The notes beneath the pieces are model-generated. The model ran no database searches. It had not been told where the DNA came from and worked only from the letters and a program-made list of their open reading frames with translations. Below, piece by piece: positions 9,694-17,067 of a stretch of 64,000 bases of DNA. The first letter of the stretch is position 1; the number at the start of each line of letters is the position of its first letter. The position numbers and the translations under genes were made by a program. This stretch comes from a virus. Location: positions 36,329-100,328 of IMG/VR virus record IMGVR_UViG_3300032236_000862; one strand, written 5' to 3'.

Positions 9694-9816
9694 ATGGGTG
9701 ATAACTGTTATCACTGTGGTGATGTATGTACCTGTTCGATTCGGGATTGGATGTGTGCTGATTGTCAGCGCAACGCCTTCTCCTGTGAGTGCGGGTCATA
9801 TGAAGATGAAGACTAA
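9694..9816 (+). CDS. Cys-rich micro-protein (40 aa, 8 Cys)
   Basis: GAGGAGG RBS; MGDNCYHCGDVCTCSIRDWMCADCQRNAFSCECGSYEDED. Confidence 0.75.
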   Translation: MGDNCYHCGDVCTCSIRDWMCADCQRNAFSCECGSYEDED

Positions 9817-9836
9817 TGCTCAGAAAGGAGCAAACT

Positions 9837-10058
9837 ATGAAGATGATCTATCTCGCATATATCTATGGCTGGGCTAGTGGAGAGCCATACAACAAGATGC
9901 TTGGCGTTTATAGCACTCGTGAGAAGGCTGAGCGTGCCATTAAGCAGTATCTTGCTAAGTACCCTAAAGACTACGATGGTGAAGCCTTCGAGTCAGATGT
10001 ATTCCCTGAGGTGCTGGACTCTTATACAGCCAAGGTAACAAAGGATATGATGCTATGA
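9837..10058 (+). CDS. Hypothetical protein
   Basis: AGAAAGGAG RBS before ATG 9837; LGVYSTREKAE motif typical of small phage proteins. Confidence 0.75.
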   Translation: MKMIYLAYIYGWASGEPYNKMLGVYSTREKAERAIKQYLAKYPKDYDGEAFESDVFPEVLDSYTAKVTKDMML

Positions 10059-10156
10059 GCCTCCTAGACCCTATGCAATCAGGTCTGCCTATCACTATCT
10101 TGTGGTTGGGTAGTACCTCTTTCTTCCTCTATGCCTGGTTCACAAGGAATAAGTAG
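10055..10156 (+). CDS. Single-TM micro-protein (33 aa)
   Basis: ATGA overlap with the upstream gene; MSLLDPMQSGLPITILWLGSTSFFLYAWFTRNK. Confidence 0.55.
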   Translation: MSLLDPMQSGLPITILWLGSTSFFLYAWFTRNK

Positions 10157-10197
10157 GTTGGGAAGTCCCCGCCGATTTTTTCAGAAAGGATGCACCT

Positions 10198-10398
10198 ATG
10201 GAATGTACTGAGTGCGGTACACCTGTTGACCCTGAGAGATGGGCGATAGGTAAGGACACCTGTCCACCCTGTGGTAGTGCGCAAGCCAACCACCAGATTA
10301 GATCCAATTACAACCTTGTCCTTATGCCTAAGCAAGGCTTTGGCATAGTCACGGCAAATAGCCCTGACTTACTCAATGGAAGGAGTTCCGGACGATGA
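10198..10398 (+). CDS. Small zinc-finger protein (DksA/TraR-finger-like)
   Basis: CTECG..V..ERW....TCPPC; AGAAAGGA RBS. Confidence 0.7.
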   Translation: MECTECGTPVDPERWAIGKDTCPPCGSAQANHQIRSNYNLVLMPKQGFGIVTANSPDLLNGRSSGR

Positions 10399-10613
10399 GC
10401 ACAGAGAACTGGATTGAACCATACGAATGTATGGAGGATTACCAAGGCCACAACTTCATTGAGTTGGATGGCAACACCGGCACTATGTTCTGTACCCGAT
10501 GCCGGATGCGTACCTATGTAGATATCTGTATTGGTATCTGTGGTAAGTCTATTGACCCACGTGATACAGATATTGAGCGTGACACTATCTATGTATGGCA
10601 CACCGCTTGCTAG
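10395..10613 (+). CDS. Cys/His-rich hypothetical protein
   Basis: CTRC, CGIC-like and HTAC motifs; ATGA overlap. Confidence 0.7.
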   Translation: MSTENWIEPYECMEDYQGHNFIELDGNTGTMFCTRCRMRTYVDICIGICGKSIDPRDTDIERDTIYVWHTAC

Positions 10614-10739
10614 TGCTCCCAACATAAACATTCCCCGCCCATTTTTCCAGGCTGTAGTCTTTGAGAGATACACAGGTCGCCACGTGCTGGCGTAAAGGTA
10701 TTCCTGTGTGTCTCTTACCCTCTACAGAAAGGAAATACT

Positions 10740-10853
10740 ATGTTCGGCTGGCTTATCACCTTCCTGCTTGCAGGTTGGCTCGTAATGACCCTTATCAACA
10801 AGCAGTATGAAATTGACCAAGAAGACTACGATTTTAGAGAGGAAGGACGATGA
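10740..10853 (+). CDS. Single-TM micro-protein with acidic tail (37 aa)
   Basis: AGAAAGGA RBS; MFGWLITFLLAGWLVMTLINKQYEIDQEDYDFREEGR. Confidence 0.65.
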   Translation: MFGWLITFLLAGWLVMTLINKQYEIDQEDYDFREEGR

Positions 10854-11164
10854 ATGGTAACAACATCGCAGTACTCACAGAGCGGAACGACCTATCTTGG
10901 CACGATAGGGCTAGTTGCGTGGGAATGGACACGGAGTTATTCTACTTTGAGCCTAAACTCAAAGGGCAAGCGAAGCGAGATAAAGCACGTATCGCTAAGG
11001 CTATCTGCGCAGGTTGTCCGGTCAAACTCCAATGCCTCGTTGACGCTGTCACCAGAGATGATAGACACTCTATTCAGGGAGGTACTACCCCAGAGGAGCG
11101 AGGTTCTCTCCACGAGAGCGTTGCCTGCTGGCCATTAGAAAAGGTGCTAGCGTGTATCAAGTAA
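10850..11164 (+). CDS. whiB: WhiB-family transcription factor
   Basis: W..RASC, AKAICAGCPVKLQC, and IQGGTTPEER (variant of the GIWGG turn). Confidence 0.9.
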   Translation: MNGNNIAVLTERNDLSWHDRASCVGMDTELFYFEPKLKGQAKRDKARIAKAICAGCPVKLQCLVDAVTRDDRHSIQGGTTPEERGSLHESVACWPLEKVLACIK

Positions 11165-11400
11165 TCACACAGACCAGCACATATGAGGTCAACACAAACA
11201 ACCGCACATTCCGCCGTATCCCAGACAAAGGCCCTGGCCTAGTTAGGGATTTAGAGTGGACACCATATATCAGCATTAAGCACCCATTCATTGGCCAACC
11301 TATGACCATAGAGTGGTCACTCAATGGCTCCCGCAAAATTCGTACCACAACACCCGTTGTGGACATAGACCTACTGGAAGGAGGGGACGATGAAGGCTAG
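11152..11400 (+). CDS. Hypothetical protein
   Basis: 82-aa ORF in operon context. Confidence 0.7.
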   Translation: MYQVITQTSTYEVNTNNRTFRRIPDKGPGLVRDLEWTPYISIKHPFIGQPMTIEWSLNGSRKIRTTTPVVDIDLLEGGDDEG

Positions 11401-11533
11401 ACACAAGACTTGGCAGTTTAATAAGTTCTGGATATCTGTTGGTATGAGCAAGCAGTTTGCTATCAGTATCTATATCAACGAGTTATTCGCAGGCATTGAT
11501 ATTGGATGCTTCTACTTCTCCATCGAATACTAA
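11390..11533 (+). CDS. Hypothetical micro-protein (47 aa)
   Basis: GGAGG RBS; MKARHKTWQFNKFWISVG...FYFSIEY. Confidence 0.6.
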   Translation: MKARHKTWQFNKFWISVGMSKQFAISIYINELFAGIDIGCFYFSIEY

Positions 11534-11545
11534 TCTTATGTGAGG

Positions 11546-11589
11546 AGGCGGGGTTGAGCGTGTGAGGGTACGCTCCCCCGCCTGTTTTT
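11546..11589 (+). terminator. Intrinsic terminator
   Basis: AGGCGGGG..GAGCGT/ACGCTC CCCCGCCT stem followed by GTTTTT. Confidence 0.75.
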
Positions 11590-11923
11590 CTGTGTGATGC
11601 GATGCCTCCACAGCACACCCGATGAAAATCTCTGTGCTGTGCTGGCTTCGGATTACATAGGTAATCCAGGGTCATACACATCCGCACAAAAGAAAGAGCG
11701 TGGTAGGCGTTGAGCTAAGGCTCCGAACGAAATAGTTCCGGCTATCTCTAATAGGGCTGAACCCATCGGGCCGATCCCCTTGTCCTCGTAAGACTTCGTG
11801 GGCTTACACGGCATTGTGCTGCTATCGAGTACTGCGGAATAGTATGCAAATGAACTCACAACGCACGGAGAGTATAAACCGTGTATGCACCAACACAAAC
11901 AACTACACAAAGGAGGGCCAGTA

Positions 11924-12337
11924 ATGGCTAGAATCACCAACCTCATCAACAAGGCTGATGCTCTCAAGCAGTTAAACGCTGCACTGAAGAAGGCTAACGC
12001 TGAGTACGATAAGGACTCCAAAGCATATGTGGCCGCTAAAGCCATCTATGACAAAGAGATAGTTGCATACAACAAAGCCGTTGTTGCAGCCGGTATCGCA
12101 TACCTAAAGTCTGTTGATACCAACAAAGCAAATCAATTCAGTGCTAGGTACGGAAGTACCATAACACACGTTGACTTCAACATCAACATTGGATTGAAAG
12201 AACCAAGCCTAGACAAGGCACAGCCGTATAGAAATATGATTGAGCGTATTGAGAAGCAGATTCGTTCTGTTTCAATTATGTCCGGCGAAACCTTCAATGC
12301 CAGCATGTTGCATGACGATTTCTTCAACTGCTTGTAA
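11924..12337 (+). CDS. Hypothetical coiled-coil protein
   Basis: AAGGAGG RBS before ATG 11924 (MARITNL...). Confidence 0.8.
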   Translation: MARITNLINKADALKQLNAALKKANAEYDKDSKAYVAAKAIYDKEIVAYNKAVVAAGIAYLKSVDTNKANQFSARYGSTITHVDFNINIGLKEPSLDKAQPYRNMIERIEKQIRSVSIMSGETFNASMLHDDFFNCL

Positions 12338-12389
12338 TACGGGTAACGCCGGTTGGTTTCTAAAGTTCTTCCTGAGGTAAAAGAACTCC

Positions 12390-12420
12390 TGTCCTAAGCA
12401 TGACAAGGCTAAACTGCTTA
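12390..12420 (+). ncRNA. Small H-type pseudoknot, copy 1
   Basis: TGTC-CTAAGCAT-GACA-AGGCTAAAC-TGCTTA. Confidence 0.6.
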
Positions 12421-12421
12421 C

Positions 12422-12494
12422 GCCCTCATAGTTCAATGGATAGAACATCATCGTCCTAAGGTGAGTGTTGCCAGTTCGATTCTGGCTGAGGGCA
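12422..12494 (+). tRNA. tRNA-Arg(CCU), CCA not encoded
   Basis: Full cloverleaf: GCCCTCA/TGAGGGC acceptor, GTTC/GAAC D-stem, TCATC-GTCCTAA-GGTGA anticodon arm, GCCAG-TTCGATT-CTGGC T-arm. Confidence 0.92.
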
Positions 12495-12541
12495 CGGCAC
12501 GGAGTGCGGGATGACTTGTAGTCAGAAAACCTCCCTCGCCA

Positions 12542-12569
12542 AGAGCTGAGCATCTCTATAAACTGCTCA
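12542..12569 (+). ncRNA. Small H-type pseudoknot, copy 2
   Basis: AGAG-CTGAGCAT-CTCT-ATAAAC-TGCTCA. Confidence 0.6.
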
Positions 12570-12591
12570 TTACTAATAGAAAGGAGGAACT

Positions 12592-13685
12592 ATGGAACCG
12601 GAAGACTTGCACGGTAAGTTTGAGTATTCAGCCACACCAGAGCACAAGACCAACATCTTGCCACTCAGGTGGTTTGCCAATGCTTGCAATCATCTATCAA
12701 GTTTTGCGATAGAGCGAGCATTAGATCATGAAGACTTTGCCCATTACAACGGCACTGAACTATCACGAGCAGGATATAGATGGTGGAAGATTTGGGCCAT
12801 CATCAACATTCCCTACGATAAGTGGGGCACAACCTATCTAGTAGATTGGCATAAATAATGCAACCAACACAAACAACCCTCTCACAGATAAAAGCCGAAG
12901 CCGCAAGCCGAGGCAACGTCGTATTCATTGATGATTCCCTACTTGAATCGGCCAAACGATTAGAATTCATTGTAGATGCAGTTGCCCACAAGGGACTCAC
13001 CTACAAGGAAGCGTCAGCCTTATGGGCTGATGGCATTGACACTCTGCACACAAGTGTAGAGACAATAACAACCTCCGAAAGGGGCCTATAAAATGGCAAA
13101 AGGTAAAGGCGGAGCACCAGCTCCTAAAGCAAACACAGCAGGCGAACGCCAGAATGGCAAAGCCCGCAAGAAAAACCCAGGACCAGCACAGCCAGAGAAG
13201 ACCAACTTCACACACGTGAATGGTCGTTCGGCTGCTAGTCACGCCAAGCGTGAGGCTTGGAAGGCTGCCGGTGGTCGTGCAAACCACGAGTCAATCCCTC
13301 ACTGGAAGACCGGCAAGGTGTACAAGGCACCGGTCTATTCAGTATTTGCTAAGGCACTAGTGTGAGCAAGAAGATAAAGCGCAAGCACGTTGTTGCCACA
13401 CTTGAGCAACAGATACTCGAGGAGCACGATGACCTGCATTGGGATGACCATCAGCATAGTCGTGCATATCACAGCGGGCTTATGGATGGCTTGGGGTTTG
13501 CCCTCAAGTTACTCAAGCCTGATTCAACTGTGCTTCCCCTCACATCCGTGTGGTTCGATGAGGAACCAACACAAACATCCGAGCGCCAGCGTGAACAACT
13601 CATCGAAATTCAGTATGTTGACATGGCCGATCCTATTCCTGTAGCCTGTTATGCAGGGTTGTTTGAAACAGTGGAGGCACCATGA
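12592..13685 (+). CDS. Four small hypothetical genes (12592-12858, 12858-13091, 13093-13365 basic and disordered, 13362-13685)
   Basis: Abutting or overlapping ORFs with RBSs. Confidence 0.75.
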
Positions 13686-14437
13686 GTTATAAGTTACGTT
13701 CATACCAATACTGGTGTGATTACTTAGAGGGCGGGCGTAAGAAATATATACGCCCACTCTATGAGTATGGCATGACCATCGAGAAAGCTAGCAAGTTTCA
13801 GCTTCCCGGTGGTGACCTACACATTAAGGCTAATTGGGCCGGTAATTACCCATTCATCATTGTTCACAGTGATGACTCATTCACCCTACAAGGTGGTGTC
13901 ATTAACAGTTATTGGGGTGGGAGCTGGAACATACTGAAGTCACAGGGTGTTCGCTATCGCATCTGGAAGTACACAGGCGTAAACGTCTTTCAACGTAACT
14001 ATGAAATCAAGGTTATAGATGAAAACGCAGGTCTTACCCCATCCAAGATACAAGGTTGTCGCCAATGTAAGCAAACAGGTAAACAAGACGGTTGGTGTAG
14101 TCCAACTACTTGTTTTGATGGCGACTTCTATGACACACCTAACGGAGATTCTGTGTATGCATGCCCTGAACACCCTGATGCCCAATCACCACATGGATCG
14201 TGGCACAGGTTTCACCTTATAGCGTGCACCCACGGACAAATGAAAGGCCACACACTACCACGAAGCCAAGAGTGTTATTACTGTAAGGGTTCAGGCAAGC
14301 GTGACTATGGCAACAAACCGATTTCTTTACTCTGGGATGGTTCCCCACTTAGGGTAAAGGATAAAAAGATAGTAAAGAAACCACTAACCGAACTAGAAAG
14401 GATACTAGCCAATCATGTCCAATCGAGTAGCGTATGA
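13682..14437 (+). CDS. Hypothetical protein with DnaJ-type CxxCxGxG zinc motifs
   Basis: CRQCKQTG and CYYCKGSG separated by a Cys/His-rich insert. Confidence 0.75.
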   Translation: MSYKLRSYQYWCDYLEGGRKKYIRPLYEYGMTIEKASKFQLPGGDLHIKANWAGNYPFIIVHSDDSFTLQGGVINSYWGGSWNILKSQGVRYRIWKYTGVNVFQRNYEIKVIDENAGLTPSKIQGCRQCKQTGKQDGWCSPTTCFDGDFYDTPNGDSVYACPEHPDAQSPHGSWHRFHLIACTHGQMKGHTLPRSQECYYCKGSGKRDYGNKPISLLWDGSPLRVKDKKIVKKPLTELERILANHVQSSSV

Positions 14438-14879
14438 CATGGCAGAACCAATCAACGGAATGATAAATCACTCTGTTGCTGGGAATATGCTAGACCACGT
14501 AATTGCTCTCAACAGCATGCAGTTACCGGGTAATTTTCTAAATTACACGAGTAACAACAGCAGTTATCGAGATGCAATCCTCAATCGCTTGATTGAATCG
14601 CCTGTGTATGCATTGCAACTAATGCTTGCAGGTGTTAGGTCATCTAAAAACAATACAGACAACCTGCGTATCTTTAGCGAGTATGCAGCCGCTCTGTCCT
14701 ATGTTGCAGGTGATACGGAACTAGCCGGAGAGATTATCCTCCGCAATGATCCATCAACAAATAGTCCTCTGCTCAGGAGCATTGCAGAGTCACTATCAGT
14801 AGGCGTCAGCTCTGACACCTTCAAAGAGTTACTACGTGCTAGCACAACACAGGCAGCCCAACTGCTTGCTAATGCGTAG
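14415..14879 (+). CDS. Helical protein, possibly DUF4192-like
   Basis: YRDAIL...AALSYVAGDTELA pattern. Confidence 0.5.
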   Translation: MSNRVAYDMAEPINGMINHSVAGNMLDHVIALNSMQLPGNFLNYTSNNSSYRDAILNRLIESPVYALQLMLAGVRSSKNNTDNLRIFSEYAAALSYVAGDTELAGEIILRNDPSTNSPLLRSIAESLSVGVSSDTFKELLRASTTQAAQLLANA

Positions 14880-14921
14880 CCAACACAAACAAACCAACAG
14901 CCTGAGAAAGGGAACCGTTCA

Positions 14922-15233
14922 ATGGCAATAGATGGACCAGTTAATCCTTGGTCAGACCAGATGCCCGCCCAAGACTATATAAGTTGTGATAGTTGCGGTC
15001 ATGGTATCGGTAAGACTCAAGCATTCACACAAATCTACAACCTTAGATATCGTGCAAATCAGTATTTCCATGCCGACCATCTGGGTTGTTCTGCAGCTAC
15101 TCAACTCAAGAATAGCCGCCCACGTATAGTGCTCAATCGTTACCGCAAAGGCATCATCAGCGAGCTGATGTATGGCGGAGATGGTGGCGAGGGAGACAGC
15201 TATGCCGATAAGGTTGATGATCTTGTCGAATAA
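14922..15233 (+). CDS. Zinc-finger hypothetical protein
   Basis: CDSC...FH...GC. Confidence 0.7.
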   Translation: MAIDGPVNPWSDQMPAQDYISCDSCGHGIGKTQAFTQIYNLRYRANQYFHADHLGCSAATQLKNSRPRIVLNRYRKGIISELMYGGDGGEGDSYADKVDDLVE

Positions 15234-15427
15234 GTAACACCGTTGTTGGTTGGTCAAGCCTACTTCAAGCATACTTGATCGAACCTAGACCAGAGTAATT
15301 TAAAGGCTCACGCATTAGTAGTACGTGATAACTAATGTATGCGAGATGAGAAGATAATGTGCGGAGGCATCCAGTCCCTGTGAGCATCAGGGGTAGGCCA
15401 ACCAACAACCCTTACTAAGGAGAGCAT

Positions 15428-15667
15428 ATGTGTCACGAATGTGGCGATGAAAACTACGGAGATATGAATCAGATTCCACCTGAAGAGATGGAAGAGTTCA
15501 TTGACTTCGCATGTCTGCAAGTATCTAAAGTAATAGATAAAGCAGAAGATAAAGGATTCCTTTACCAACTCATTACTGAGTGGCCAAGGGAAAGGCAAGC
15601 GGCATTCGCTCTTGCTACGATACTAGAGGAACGATTAAACTCGTCCTGGCAAGAAGAAGGGGAATAA
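15428..15667 (+). CDS. Acidic hypothetical protein
   Basis: AAGGAG RBS; 79-aa ORF. Confidence 0.7.
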   Translation: MCHECGDENYGDMNQIPPEEMEEFIDFACLQVSKVIDKAEDKGFLYQLITEWPRERQAAFALATILEERLNSSWQEEGE

Positions 15668-17056
15668 ATGGACATCTCAATGTTCGTTGAATCGTACGAG
15701 CCTACTATGGGCAACCACCGTCGTCAGATATTGGTGGTTCCATACAAGGACGGCATCAATCTCTACTCTCGTGTGACTGATGGTACTAAGGGCACTCACA
15801 ATAAGTGGGAGCCAACAACCCTAGACACACTAACAAGTGAGGTTAAAGATAACGAGCAAACAACTCGTCGTCCTGTAGGTGTGTACGTAACATCTGCTGA
15901 TGTGCGTGCCATTGATAGCAAGGGCTATTCTCCAGTCCTAACTACCAAGGCAGTAGGCGCACATAACAAGTCCATTGCAGAAGTTAAATCCGATGTGATG
16001 GATATCGTAACAGGCTTCTACTCTCAAATCGAGGTAGGAGATGACCAACTGGAGGAATACGTGATAGATAACCGAGCAACAACTAGCCCGCTAGTCGTTC
16101 CCGTGCCAACACAAACACTCGATGCTCCGGCCCAACAAGCCGCTCCTGCATTCAATGTGTCGTTGGCCACAGTTCCACCATTGCATCTAGCACAACGCTA
16201 TGTGCATCGCAAGGTCTACAACGTTGAAGACTTTGCTATCTTTGATACCGCTCGTGCTGATGGTATCAACGTGCTTATCTACGGCCCAACCGGCCCTGGT
16301 AAGACAACAGCTGTAGAAGCGTGGGCCGCTGATCGTGGCTTGCGTATGGCTACAGTATCTGGCAACGCATCTATGGAGTCACGCCAGTTGTTCGGTGGCT
16401 TCATTCCTGACGGCAATGGTAGTTATGGCTGGATTGACGGTCCAGTAACTGACGTTGTCCGTAACGGTGGTGTTCTACTACTGGACGAGATGAACTTCAT
16501 CAGTCCTAAAATCTACACCACACTCTATCCACTAACCGATGGTCGTCGTACTATCACTCTGCTCGACCATATGGGCGAGACAATCACAGCGCATCCTGAT
16601 CTTACGATCTTTGCGACTATGAATCCTGACTACGTAGGTACAACACCTCTCAACTATGCAATGCGTAACCGCTTTGATATCCAGTTGATGTGGGATTACG
16701 ACGATGCTGTCGAGGAGAAGCTTGTTAGTAGCAAGGCTCTTCGTACACTAGTCAAGTCTCTTCGTACTGAAGCAGCTAAGGGTCAGTACGATACTCCAAT
16801 CTCTACTAACATGCTGATCGAGTTCAGTGACTTTGTAACCAAGCTTGGTTATGACTTCGCAGTTGAGAACTTTATCGCTCACTTCGGCTCTGACGAGCAA
16901 GCGTCTGTACGTCTGGTCTTCCAGACACATCAGTACAACATCCAATCTGACTTCGGTATTGCACCGGAGATCAAGAACGATGAGTCAGAATCAACACAAA
17001 CACAATCTGATCGTTTAAAAGCATGGGTCGCAACAGCCAATTCAATGACGGTCTAA
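15668..17056 (+). CDS. MoxR/CbbQ/CobS-type AAA+ ATPase
   Basis: Walker A GPTGPGKT, WIDGPV, Walker B LLLDEMN, ATMNP, AMRNRF. Confidence 0.92.
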   Translation: MDISMFVESYEPTMGNHRRQILVVPYKDGINLYSRVTDGTKGTHNKWEPTTLDTLTSEVKDNEQTTRRPVGVYVTSADVRAIDSKGYSPVLTTKAVGAHNKSIAEVKSDVMDIVTGFYSQIEVGDDQLEEYVIDNRATTSPLVVPVPTQTLDAPAQQAAPAFNVSLATVPPLHLAQRYVHRKVYNVEDFAIFDTARADGINVLIYGPTGPGKTTAVEAWAADRGLRMATVSGNASMESRQLFGGFIPDGNGSYGWIDGPVTDVVRNGGVLLLDEMNFISPKIYTTLYPLTDGRRTITLLDHMGETITAHPDLTIFATMNPDYVGTTPLNYAMRNRFDIQLMWDYDDAVEEKLVSSKALRTLVKSLRTEAAKGQYDTPISTNMLIEFSDFVTKLGYDFAVENFIAHFGSDEQASVRLVFQTHQYNIQSDFGIAPEIKNDESESTQTQSDRLKAWVATANSMTV

Positions 17057-17067
17057 GGAGGTGGTAA

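Noticed and set aside
9732-9746. T-loop-like CCTG-TTCGATT-CGGG
   Set aside because: It lies inside a coding micro-ORF and has no acceptor stem.
12495-12540. Theta/HDV-like or hammerhead ribozyme in the tRNA trailer
   Set aside because: Small hairpins are present, but I could not find the nested HDV pseudoknot or a CUGANGA core.
15285-15311. Third pseudoknot copy (CAGAGTAA...AAAGGCTCA)
   Set aside because: Weak stem 1, and GCTCAC pairs better with 15380-15385.
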